From Candidatus Latescibacterota bacterium (GTDB taxonomy: Bacteria > Latescibacterota > UBA2968 > GCA-2709665), in assembly GCA_965208835.1 (NCBI GenBank), contig OZ242358.1:3968001-4032000 (forward strand): 64,000 nt of DNA. Reading direction: 5' to 3'. The notes below the pieces were generated by a model, which saw only the letters and a list, made by a program, of their open reading frames with translations, made no database searches and was not told the origin of the DNA. This document shows, in pieces, positions 13,358 to 22,392 of the stretch; the stretch's first letter is position 1; every line of letters starts with the position of its first letter. The translations under genes were made by a program, and so were the position numbers.

Positions 13358-14083
13358 CTAGTGGGCGAACCTAAGACCGATGGCAAAAGTCCACGATACG
13401 TAGGCCTGGTTCCATCCATAACTCCTGATAATATCCCGGCCGGGTTCCGCAATATAGTCGAATACGGCTAGATTTAACCGGATTTCCGTGAAAACTCTGG
13501 AAGAACTCTTCCTTATCCGGGCTTCGCCGCCCGCTGCGAGCTGAAAAAACGGACCATTATCCCAATCGAGGCGCTCGTACGGTTCACTTTCCCGCAGCCC
13601 GTATATCCCGATACCGAGCCCAAGAGTGGGCGTTAACGTAGAGTCCGTCACCGCACGTCCCCGGACAAATACAAATACCGCCCGGAAAGACCTGGTAAAA
13701 TCCGTCGCTCTGACTCTCTCCTTGCGGGTGTTCTCAGAGATTGACGGGCCGGATAACCCGTCTTTGGAAAAAATGGCGGTTCCGATTCCCAAGTCGAACT
13801 GATCGATGTGCAAGAACAGGTCCCCGGCAAGAACAAGCCCTGCATGTATTCGATGGAAATCCGTTTGAGCGGTCAGCAGATCCCCCTCGCTATCTCTGCC
13901 GCAGTAGACCCACGCGGTCCGCAGTTCCCGCAGATTCCGATCTCCGGGGCGAACGCTGCCGCAGTAGAGACGACTGACGCCAGGAATGGAATAGCCGCCG
14001 GAGATACTCGCACCCAACTCCTGTGCATTTGACGTACCGGCCGCAAGGAAGAAAACGACCGTGAAACCGATAGCACGCCGCAT
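13358..14083 (-). CDS. Secreted or outer-membrane beta-barrel-like hypothetical protein
   Basis: Signal peptide MRRAIGFTVVFFLAAGTSNA; amphipathic strands; C-terminal AIGLRF. Confidence 0.55.
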   Translation of the reverse strand: MRRAIGFTVVFFLAAGTSNAQELGASISGGYSIPGVSRLYCGSVRPGDRNLRELRTAWVYCGRDSEGDLLTAQTDFHRIHAGLVLAGDLFLHIDQFDLGIGTAIFSKDGLSGPSISENTRKERVRATDFTRSFRAVFVFVRGRAVTDSTLTPTLGLGIGIYGLRESEPYERLDWDNGPFFQLAAGGEARIRKSSSRVFTEIRLNLAVFDYIAEPGRDIIRSYGWNQAYVSWTFAIGLRFAH

Positions 14084-14549
14084 TCGGTCCCTCCGCACGA
14101 TGAAAGTCACGCAGAGGTGTATAGATCAAGAAGCGTGCCAAGATTCCCCGGGGTCAGTCTTGTTATACATCCGCCCTATATGTTCTATGACTTATATTTA
14201 ATAATATTAATCAGTTACTTGTTATTTCGAGAAGTGTCTCGGCGTCGGTCAACCGTGGCTGAGACTCAAGATTCGCCACCCATTTTCGGTGATAAACGTG
14301 GGCGCGATGCACACCTGTGGCGAGCCCTCGACAGTCGCCGCAGTCGAATAATGGATTGGAAATTGAATGCGTGTCGCTTATTGTAATACGGAAGATCCGG
14401 TAAACCCGCGCGAAGGCTGATCCTCCAGGCTTAACGTACGGCCTTCAACCGCTCCCTAAGCCTGTCGAAGAGGCCTCCAGACAGACGAAGCGTCCGCGCA
14501 CCAGGCAGTCTTCAAAGACCATATGCGACACGTACAATCTAGAATACGG

Positions 14550-14856
14550 GAGATTCTTCGCTGCGCTGTGATTGACATGTCTTACGATAACCTTTGGCGA
14601 AACGCTGAGCCCACACCTTCGCAGAGCATGTCATCCTGAGGAGGCCAGCGCGCTCAGAATGACATGTCTTAAGATTGTCGTGCACGTGGCTTACCGCTGT
14701 CATCCAGAGGAGGCCACCAGGCCGACGAAGGATCTACTGCAGCATCGGTTCATCCCCGCGCGGTTTTCACGTGTCGATACCTGAGAGGCAGCACGTCCGC
14801 CTGCAGCGCGAGTCGGAGACGGCGAAAGATCCTTCCACTCAGCTCAGTTATGACAT
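14550..14856. repeat. Degenerate REP-like cluster (TGTCATCCTGAG...GAAGGATCT / AGATTCTTCGCTGCGCT...CAGAATGACA)
   Basis: Several partial, mutually inverted copies near 14550, 14629, 14651, 14698 and 14827. Confidence 0.5.
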
Positions 14857-14985
14857 GCGTTGCAACAAAAACCGACCCATGGCAACCTGGTTTCGTTTAT
14901 CCGAGTCAAACCCGTACAAGATCGCGAATTGAAGCCACTTTTCGAACCTTATCTCTGAGAATCCCAGGGTTCTTGGAAAGGTGTG

Positions 14986-15450
14986 ATGTCAGAGAAACAG
15001 CTGAAACTGAAAGTCATGTGCTCGCGATTGCCGGGCCTCCGTTTCGAAGACCCTTACAAACACGAACCCAGGGTCAAGGAACCCGTGTATCTCGGAATCC
15101 AGCGCGGGACCGAGGTCATCGAACAGGCCCCCGCCGACCGGCATCGGGTGGTATTTCATCCTGAGTTCCGTATCGGGAAGCAACCTGACGGGTCCCCGAA
15201 TTTTCTGGGTCCGTACGCACAAGGCAGACCCCGGGACCGGTTCTTCTATCTTTCCTGGGGGGTGAAACGGTCCGATCGATTCAACATGTTCCGACGGCTC
15301 AAGATCCGCCTCACCCACCTGGAGTGGCCGGAGATCGAACAGGCGCTCGAGACGGACGAACCCATCGTCGTGAGGCTGAAGTTGACCGACGATCACGGCG
15401 GCCCCGCGTGCGGTACGCCGGACGACTCGCGGATCGCGTGGGGACGATGA
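14986..15450 (+). CDS. DUF5990-like protein
   Basis: LGIQRG, GPYAQG..DRFFYLSWG, FRRLKI, LTDDHGGPACG pattern. Confidence 0.7.
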   Translation: MSEKQLKLKVMCSRLPGLRFEDPYKHEPRVKEPVYLGIQRGTEVIEQAPADRHRVVFHPEFRIGKQPDGSPNFLGPYAQGRPRDRFFYLSWGVKRSDRFNMFRRLKIRLTHLEWPEIEQALETDEPIVVRLKLTDDHGGPACGTPDDSRIAWGR

Positions 15451-15471
15451 CCTGCGTGGAGAGGGAAGAAG

Positions 15472-16137
15472 ATGCCCGTTGAAACCGTAGATTTGAAGTT
15501 TCTTGCGCCGGAAGAAAAGGGCGAGGTGTCGGCGTTGATCGCGAGGCCGAGCGGGGCGGATGCGCTGCTCGTGCTAGGCCACGGCGCGGGCACGAATATG
15601 CGCCACCCGTTCGTCCAGGACCTTAGCGACACGTTGAACGACGCAGGCATTGCCACATTTCGCTTCAACTATCCCTACTCAGAAAGGGGCGGCGGCATGG
15701 ATGGAGAGAAGGTGCGCCTGGCCACCGTCCGCGCCGCAATCGCTACCGCAATGAATCACGCGGACGACCTGCCCGTCTACGCGGGCGGACATTCCATGAG
15801 CGGGCGCATGGTCTCTATGGCCTGTTCGCAGGAACCGATGGATGGATTGAAGGGCATTGTGTTTTTTGCATTTCCGCTTCACGCGGGAAAACCGAACGCC
15901 GAACGCGCCGCGCATCTGCAGGATGTCACGGTACCGATGCTGTTTCTGTCTGGGCAGCGGGACAAGATGGCGGACATGAAACTGCTCGGGCCGGTTGTCA
16001 ATGGGCTGGACGGCGCCACGCTCCACGTTGTGGATACGGCCGATCACGGATTCAAGGTGCTGAAGCGGAGGAATACGGACGAACCCGTTCTGGAGGAACT
16101 GGCCAGGGTGGCCGGTGGTTGGATGCGAGGCGACTGA
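15472..16137 (+). CDS. Alpha/beta hydrolase
   Basis: HGAG, RFNYPY, GGHSMSG nucleophile elbow, FPLH, D and DH catalytic residues. Confidence 0.85.
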   Translation: MPVETVDLKFLAPEEKGEVSALIARPSGADALLVLGHGAGTNMRHPFVQDLSDTLNDAGIATFRFNYPYSERGGGMDGEKVRLATVRAAIATAMNHADDLPVYAGGHSMSGRMVSMACSQEPMDGLKGIVFFAFPLHAGKPNAERAAHLQDVTVPMLFLSGQRDKMADMKLLGPVVNGLDGATLHVVDTADHGFKVLKRRNTDEPVLEELARVAGGWMRGD

Positions 16138-16171
16138 AGGATCGTTCGCGGCTTGTTTGGAGGAATACGGT

Positions 16172-16630
16172 ATGATTGAAAAGATCCATGAACCCGATTT
16201 AGACGAAAAGTTGCATCGTTCGCCCCGCGGGAGTTTCTGCGTGTCGCGAAAGGACATTTCTGGCGCCCTGGAAACCGAAGGTCAGCCGTTCGAGGTCGAC
16301 TGGGTGCGCCTTCCCGCCGGCATGACCAACTTCCCGTATCACGCACACCAGGTCCAGTGGGAGTTCTATATTGTCGTCAGCGGCCGCGGAATCGTCAGGC
16401 GGAACGACCGTACGTTCGAGGTGGAGTCCGGCGACGTGTTCGTCCAGCCGCCCGGCACGGCGCACCACATTCGCAATCCCAGCGAGGACGAGGACCTGGT
16501 CTACTACGTGATCGCCGACAATCCCGTTTGCGATCCCTGCTACTATCCGGATTCGGACAAGTGGGCCATCCGTCCGCCAGGCAAACTGGGCCGTATGACC
16601 GACGCGGAGTACTACGACGGAGAAGAGTAG
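16172..16630 (+). CDS. Cupin domain protein
   Basis: PYHAHQVQWEFYIVVSGRG...PPGTAHHIRN; YYPDSDKW. Confidence 0.85.
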   Translation: MIEKIHEPDLDEKLHRSPRGSFCVSRKDISGALETEGQPFEVDWVRLPAGMTNFPYHAHQVQWEFYIVVSGRGIVRRNDRTFEVESGDVFVQPPGTAHHIRNPSEDEDLVYYVIADNPVCDPCYYPDSDKWAIRPPGKLGRMTDAEYYDGEE

Positions 16631-16722
16631 AAATAAACCGTCTGGAACTCAATTCCTGCGGAGTTACATCATCACAAGGAGGGCGTGGCTATACCGGCGC
16701 CCTTTTTTCATAAAACCCGATC

Positions 16723-16772
16723 TTGACATTGCCGTTTGTATGACGTATATTTTTTGAAAATTAATACGTCAT
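16723..16772 (+). promoter_or_regulatory. TA-operon promoter with overlapping inverted-repeat operator
   Basis: TTGACA-17-TATATT; ATGACGTAT (16740-16748) and ATACGTCAT (16764-16772) inverted. Confidence 0.6.
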
Positions 16773-16790
16773 GAAGATTGAGAGATCGAA

Positions 16791-17021
16791 ATGCAGACCA
16801 AACTCACCCTTCGGCTGGAAGAAGAACTCATCGGCGTCGCCAAGGAATTCGCGAGGTCCAGAGGGAAATCCGTCTCCAGGATCGTTGCCGATTATTTCGC
16901 ACTCCTGGGACGTGAACAGGAAGGACTTGATATCAGTCCCAAGGTGCGATCAATGAGAGGCTCGTTGCGAGGCGCCAACGCGGAGGATTACCGGAGGTAT
17001 CTCGAGGACAAATACCTTTGA
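16791..17021 (+). CDS. Antitoxin, DUF6364/RHH-like
   Basis: MQTKLTLRL...AK.FA...G.SVS.IV..YF...YL.DKY; overlaps the start of the PIN gene. Confidence 0.8.
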   Translation: MQTKLTLRLEEELIGVAKEFARSRGKSVSRIVADYFALLGREQEGLDISPKVRSMRGSLRGANAEDYRRYLEDKYL

Positions 17022-17479
17022 AGATTCTCTTCGATACCAACGTGGTGCTGGATCTGCTGTTGGATCGCGAACCGTTTTCAGATACCGCCGCCAGGCTTTT
17101 TTCCAGGGCCGACGAGGGCGACTTTTCCGGGTTTATCAATGCGACGACCGTGACAACGGTTCACTATCTCGCGTGCGGGACGGTGGGAGACCGGCGGGCG
17201 CGCCGCGATATCGGAAACCTGATAGACCTGTTTGACGTCGCGCCAGTAAACCTGGCCGTGCTGGAAGGAGCCCTCCATTCGAAATTCACGGACTTCGAGG
17301 ACGCAGTAATGTATCATGCGGCCCTGAACGTAAATGCGGACGGCATCGTAACCCGAAACGTCGGCGACTTCAAACGCGCGACGATCCCGGTATACACGCC
17401 TGAAGAACTGGATCACTTGATGCAGATTACGGACGAAATAGCGGACGGCGAGGGGCAAGGGGACGATGATGTAGGTTGA
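17018..17479 (+). CDS. PIN-domain (VapC-like) toxin
   Basis: ILFDTNVVLD, DFEDA, IVTRNVGDF. Confidence 0.9.
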   Translation: MKILFDTNVVLDLLLDREPFSDTAARLFSRADEGDFSGFINATTVTTVHYLACGTVGDRRARRDIGNLIDLFDVAPVNLAVLEGALHSKFTDFEDAVMYHAALNVNADGIVTRNVGDFKRATIPVYTPEELDHLMQITDEIADGEGQGDDDVG

Positions 17480-17564
17480 ATCTGCGTTAGGGACAGAACC
17501 CACTTACACGAGCCCCGGAGAGTCGCTTCCCCGGGGCCTTGTCATGCTCACGGACGTCCATGGA

Positions 17565-18551
17565 TCAGGGGACCGACGACAGGAGATATTCAGGCGGGGT
17601 CTCGCCCTGGCGAATGACGGTAAAGTCCCTGCCCGCAGGGATGAGAAAGGTATCCCCTTTCCCCGCGCGGAACGCGTCGCCACCGCCCCGGATCCCGGCG
17701 CTTCCCTGAATAAACGTAACCGCTGACACCGAATTGCGAGGTGGATGGTCGACCCTGTTTCCGGTGGGATTAAAGCGTTCCAATCGGAAGTGTTCGGACT
17801 CAGCCAGGAGGGCCCGGCCGGGACGTTTCGAGAGCAGCGTGGACGAGGCGACGGGTCTCCTTCGCGGAGCTTCGAAGTCGATAACCGCCAGGGCGTCGTC
17901 AATATGCAACTCCCTGGGCTTCCCATCGGCGCCGGGGCGGTTGTAGTCGTAGATGCGGAAGGTTATGTCGCTGGATTGCTGGACCTCGTACACCATGACC
18001 CCGGCGCAGAGAGCGTGGACCGTTCCCGGCGGGATGAAGACGACGTCGCCGGGGCGGGCGTCGTAAAATTCGACGGCATCCGAGACGCGGTTGTTGTCGA
18101 TGGCATCCGCGAACGCGGATCGGTCAACCCCGGGCTTAAGGCCGCACGCGATGCGGCCGCTATCCGACCGGAGCACGTACCAGGCTTCCATTTTTCCGAA
18201 TTCTCCAGGATGTTTCATCCGGGCGTATGCATCGTCCGGGTGAACCTGAATGGAAAGGTCCTGCTGTGCGTCGAGGAGTTTGACAAGCAGAGGGAAATCG
18301 CCGTGGTAACGGTCGAAGACCGCCTCGCCGAGCAATTCGCGGCCGTGCGATTCAACCAGATTGCGAAGGGACCGTCCGGATAACGTGCCGCCCGCAACGG
18401 TGCTCTCCATGCCCGGGTACACGGAGACTTCCCAGGACTCGCCGTAGAGCCGGCCGGGAGGCAGGGCCTTGCCGAACTGCTCCCGCAGCCCGCGGCCGCC
18501 CCAGATCATCTCCCTCAAAAAGGGTTTGAGAGGAAGCACGCTCGGTAGCAT
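17565..18551 (-). CDS. manA: Mannose-6-phosphate isomerase, class I
   Basis: IWGG, GESWE, FPLLVKLLDA, LSIQVHPDD, GTVHA, EVQQSSDITFRIYDY. Confidence 0.9.
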   Translation of the reverse strand: MLPSVLPLKPFLREMIWGGRGLREQFGKALPPGRLYGESWEVSVYPGMESTVAGGTLSGRSLRNLVESHGRELLGEAVFDRYHGDFPLLVKLLDAQQDLSIQVHPDDAYARMKHPGEFGKMEAWYVLRSDSGRIACGLKPGVDRSAFADAIDNNRVSDAVEFYDARPGDVVFIPPGTVHALCAGVMVYEVQQSSDITFRIYDYNRPGADGKPRELHIDDALAVIDFEAPRRRPVASSTLLSKRPGRALLAESEHFRLERFNPTGNRVDHPPRNSVSAVTFIQGSAGIRGGGDAFRAGKGDTFLIPAGRDFTVIRQGETPPEYLLSSVP

Positions 18552-18673
18552 GGCTGGATCCGTGTCGGATGATTCGCGTTACACGGCGATGGACGTTCGT
18601 TTCAAGATATCCGGTACGTCTGGCGATGTCAATGGCGTTCGGTTCAATGCACCCTTCCACCCGCCCCACAACC

Positions 18674-18803
18674 TGGTGAGACGTAAGAAGGGAGCCGGTA
18701 GATGAAGTCCTTGCCCGATAGGTTCTTTCGACTTGCCTACGGCACGATCAGATACCTTGCAAGGCAAGAGATCTCTCCCCTCTCCCGTCTTGCGTCTACC
18801 CAA
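18674..18803. repeat. ~130-bp intergenic repeated element, copy 1
   Basis: CCTTGCCCG...GCCTACGGCA...ACCTT.CAAGGCA...TCTCT...TCTCCC core shared with 34881-35028, flanked by heptamer-like arms. Confidence 0.55.
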
Positions 18804-19021
18804 CTAGCAATTCACACATCTATAGTCGTATTGCCACGAAGTGCTTGCGCCAATTAATGTAACGAGGTACGAGGATATCTATTCCGCTTGCGGCGTTTGG
18901 GCTCAGACATTAGGTTATGTGCCCGTTTTGGGATCTGACGGAACGGCGAGTCGCAGGCCCCTGAAGCGGGCGCATCGGCCCCTGCCGGGATGCACAATCT
19001 GACCACTTCAAGAGGCTGGAT

Positions 19022-19624
19022 ATGTCGGGCGATAGAATCGTAGAACTGGAGCGCCGGATCGGTGAACTGATGGCGGAACTCCACGCCCTGCAGAAGGAAA
19101 ATCCGGCATCGGCGGTCGCCAATTACACGTTTGAAACGATGGCGGGCGAAGCCACGCTGCTCGACCTGTTCGGCGACAGGAACAGGCTGCTGGCCATACA
19201 CAACATGGGCCAGGGCTGCCGCTATTGCACGCTCTGGGCCGACGGCTTCAACGGACTGGTCCCGCATCTGGAGTCCGCTCTGGCGGTAGTCCTCCTGTCG
19301 AAGGACCCGCCGGAAACCCAGCGCCGTTTCGCGAACGCCCGAGGGTGGCGGTTTCAACTGGCCTCCCACGGCGGAGGGAAATACATCCGAGAGCAGTCCG
19401 TCATGGACGGGGACGACAACTACCCCGGGGCCGTGGTTTATGTGCGAGACGGAGACACGATTCTCCGCAAGAACGCGTGTGTCTTCGGACCTGGAGACAT
19501 CTACTGCGCGATGTGGACGCTGCTGGGCCTGGCGGGCCTCGGCGAAGCGGACTGGACGCCCCAATTCTCTTACTGGCGGCGCCCCGAGAGCCTGGATGAC
19601 GGCGGCCGGAACGTCCTGGGCTGA
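19022..19624 (+). CDS. DUF899 family (thioredoxin-like) protein
   Basis: LLDLFG, HNMG..CRYCTLWADG, FANARGW. Confidence 0.75.
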   Translation: MSGDRIVELERRIGELMAELHALQKENPASAVANYTFETMAGEATLLDLFGDRNRLLAIHNMGQGCRYCTLWADGFNGLVPHLESALAVVLLSKDPPETQRRFANARGWRFQLASHGGGKYIREQSVMDGDDNYPGAVVYVRDGDTILRKNACVFGPGDIYCAMWTLLGLAGLGEADWTPQFSYWRRPESLDDGGRNVLG

Positions 19625-19708
19625 GTACGGAACAAGGTGCGAAGCGCGCAGGGAGTCAATCGCCAGGCGGCTTTTCATTTCTCCTGCGCGCGTCGTTTTG
19701 AGGTTTCG

Positions 19709-21139
19709 GTGAATCTGATCGTGTTGTGCAGCGACACCTTTCGCGTGGATCATCTCAGTTGTTACCGGGACGATTCGCCGGTCCGGACGCCCAATATCGA
19801 CCGCCTTGCCGAGGAAGGCGTTCGTTTCGATTCCGCATTCGGCGAAGGCATACCCACGCTGCCCGCCCGCCGGGTGCTCTATACCGGACGGCCGATCTTC
19901 CCGTTCCTGTGGGCGCCTCAGAAATGGGACCGCGTGCAGCTTGCCGGCTGGCATCCCTTGTTTCACGAAGACGTGACGCTGGCGGAGTGGCTGGTCGAAC
20001 GTGGTTACGTCACGGGGCTGATCAGCGATCTGCCGCACCAGTTCAAGCCCGGAAAGAACTTCCACAGGGGATTCGTCCAGTTCAACTGGGAACGCGGACA
20101 GGAAATGGACTACGTTGTGGCCGGGCCCCGGGGTGCCGCTCCGGTTGAGAGGTTCGATCCCACCGGCCGCGGATCGCCCGTGCTGACGCAGTTTCTGATG
20201 AACAGCCGGGACTGGAAAGACGATACCGACTGGTGCAGCGTGCGGGTGATTCGGAAGGGCATCGAATTCCTCAGGGAAAATGCCCGCCAGCAGCCGTTCA
20301 TGCTCTGGCTGGAGTGCTTTTTCCCGCACGAACCGTGGTTTGCCCCGCCCGAACTGGTGGAGCAGTATTACGAGGGGGACGACCACGACGGCGTGGAGTG
20401 GATTTTTCCGCCGGCCAGTACGGACGGGATGAGCGACAACCAGGTTCACCGGGTGCGGGCGCACTACCGGGGCCTGTGCGCGTTGATCGACCGGTGGTTC
20501 GGCCGGCTGATGGAAACCGCGGAAGAATTCGGACTGCTGGAGAATTCCATCGTCGTCTTCCTTTCCGATCACGGCACGATGATGGGAGAACAGGGTCAAC
20601 TCCATAAAGGCCCCAGCCGGCTGCGCTGGCAATGCACGCAGGTGCCTCTGATCATCCGGCATCCGGACGTGGACGCCATTGGCGGACGGATCGTGGATGC
20701 CTTTGTGCAACACCAGGACCTGATGCCCACCCTTCTGGGACTGATGGGGATCGATACCCCGGATCGATGTCTGGGCGAGGATCTCCGGAGGTACGACTCG
20801 GGAGACACTGTAGGCGGGAGGGAGCACGTGGTTACCGCATTCGGCAACTACGCCAGCGTTCGCAGCAGGAAATGGAACTACCAGACACCCTGGGTGAAGA
20901 ACAATCCCACGTCGGAGGGTGGAAACGCGCAACCGCTGGCGCCGCCCGAGCTCTACGATCTGGTGTCCGATCCCGATGAACTGCATAACGTGGCGGCAGA
21001 TCATCCCGACGTCGCAGAGGAATATCACGACCTGCTCATGAATTACATCAGGAAAAACAAACCGGTGACGGGAGGCTCACTGGAAGTTGGCGAAGCGGCC
21101 CTGTCGCACGTGCCGCTCTTCGATCAGTCACGGTTGTAG
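19709..21139 (+). CDS. Sulfatase-like / alkaline phosphatase superfamily hydrolase
   Basis: NLIVLCSDTFRVD, TPNIDRLA, PTLPARR, PHEPW, SDHG, ELYDLVSDPDE. Confidence 0.85.
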   Translation: MNLIVLCSDTFRVDHLSCYRDDSPVRTPNIDRLAEEGVRFDSAFGEGIPTLPARRVLYTGRPIFPFLWAPQKWDRVQLAGWHPLFHEDVTLAEWLVERGYVTGLISDLPHQFKPGKNFHRGFVQFNWERGQEMDYVVAGPRGAAPVERFDPTGRGSPVLTQFLMNSRDWKDDTDWCSVRVIRKGIEFLRENARQQPFMLWLECFFPHEPWFAPPELVEQYYEGDDHDGVEWIFPPASTDGMSDNQVHRVRAHYRGLCALIDRWFGRLMETAEEFGLLENSIVVFLSDHGTMMGEQGQLHKGPSRLRWQCTQVPLIIRHPDVDAIGGRIVDAFVQHQDLMPTLLGLMGIDTPDRCLGEDLRRYDSGDTVGGREHVVTAFGNYASVRSRKWNYQTPWVKNNPTSEGGNAQPLAPPELYDLVSDPDELHNVAADHPDVAEEYHDLLMNYIRKNKPVTGGSLEVGEAALSHVPLFDQSRL

Positions 21140-21217
21140 TTGCACTACCGGGTCGGGGGCGCATCCAAGCAGACGCGCGGCCGCCCGCCGCCCGAAAACA
21201 CGCCAAGGAGGTTTGAG

Positions 21218-22312
21218 ATGGCCGAAAAACTGGGGGTTTTGGTACACGGCGCGGGCTGGGTTTCCACCCAGCACATCATGGCCTTCACCAACAACCCGCA
21301 TACCGAAGTCGTGGCTGTATCCAGCCGGAAACTGTCGAGCGCCCGGACGCGTGCCGAAGAGGCCGGACTGGAGGGCATCGGGCTGTACGACAACTATGAG
21401 CAAGCCCTTTCACACGACGGTGTTGACATCGTGTGCGTCTGCACGCCGCAGCGCTTTCACGCCGAGAATACCATCGCCGCGGCGGAGGGCGGGAAACACG
21501 TCGTCATCGAGAAGCCCATCGCCAACACCCTGGACGAGATCAGGTCCATGCGCACGGCGGTGAACGAGGCGGGCGTTCGTACGGTGGTGAGCTTCGTGCT
21601 GCGATGGAATCCGCTGTTCGAAACCATCAAAGCCATGGTCGCCGACGACGCCCTCGGAGACGTCTTCTACGTGGAAGCCGACTATCAGCACGATATCGCA
21701 AGCTGGTGGACGGGCTGGGACGAGGCCAGGAAGACGAGCACGGGCGTGAGCGCGTTTCTCACGGGCGGCTGTCACGCCATCGACTCCCTTCGCTGGTTCG
21801 CCGCACAGGGCGAGTTCGAAGCGGCGAAACCCGTGGAGGTGTTCGCCTATTCGGGCGGTTACCGGAAGGGTCTCAAGAAAGAGTTCGACTACCTGGCCAA
21901 CAAGTGGGTGGACGGCCTTCCCCTGGAGTACGACGACCTGGAAGTCGCCCTGGTGAAGTTTTCCAATGGAGCCGTCGGAAAGGTCTCCGTGAACTACGGG
22001 TGCATCATGCCGTACACGTTCCCCGTGGAGATCTTCGGAAACAAGGGAACCGTTAAGGACAACAAGGTCTGGTCGCACAAGTATCCCGGACAGAACAGCT
22101 GGGTGGAAATCCCGGCCATCCTGCCCGATAGCGCGGACGTGACCCACCACCCGTTCCAGGGACAGATGGATCACTTCGTGGAATGCATTCAGACCGGCAC
22201 GGAATCGCACTGCAACCTGGACGATGCAATTGTCACGCACGAGATCGCGTTTGCGGCCTTGCAGTGTTACGAAACCGGACAGCCTGTGCAACTCCCGCTG
22301 ATGCAGGACTGA
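21218..22312 (+). CDS. Gfo/Idh/MocA family oxidoreductase
   Basis: HGAGWV, CTP..FH, GKHVVIEKP, GGCHAID. Confidence 0.88.
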   Translation: MAEKLGVLVHGAGWVSTQHIMAFTNNPHTEVVAVSSRKLSSARTRAEEAGLEGIGLYDNYEQALSHDGVDIVCVCTPQRFHAENTIAAAEGGKHVVIEKPIANTLDEIRSMRTAVNEAGVRTVVSFVLRWNPLFETIKAMVADDALGDVFYVEADYQHDIASWWTGWDEARKTSTGVSAFLTGGCHAIDSLRWFAAQGEFEAAKPVEVFAYSGGYRKGLKKEFDYLANKWVDGLPLEYDDLEVALVKFSNGAVGKVSVNYGCIMPYTFPVEIFGNKGTVKDNKVWSHKYPGQNSWVEIPAILPDSADVTHHPFQGQMDHFVECIQTGTESHCNLDDAIVTHEIAFAALQCYETGQPVQLPLMQD

Positions 22313-22392
22313 TTCCGAAACCGGTGACGGGGTCCGGTGATTTCCCTGTCGGTACCGCCGCCTGTTCGCCGGACGAGAAGGGTCCATCAACC

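Noticed and set aside
18854-21028. 724-aa minus-strand ORF, and similar long ORFs at 720-1940, 47271-48641 and 26479-27699
   Set aside because: Antisense shadows of recognisable genes in GC-rich DNA, with no motifs of their own
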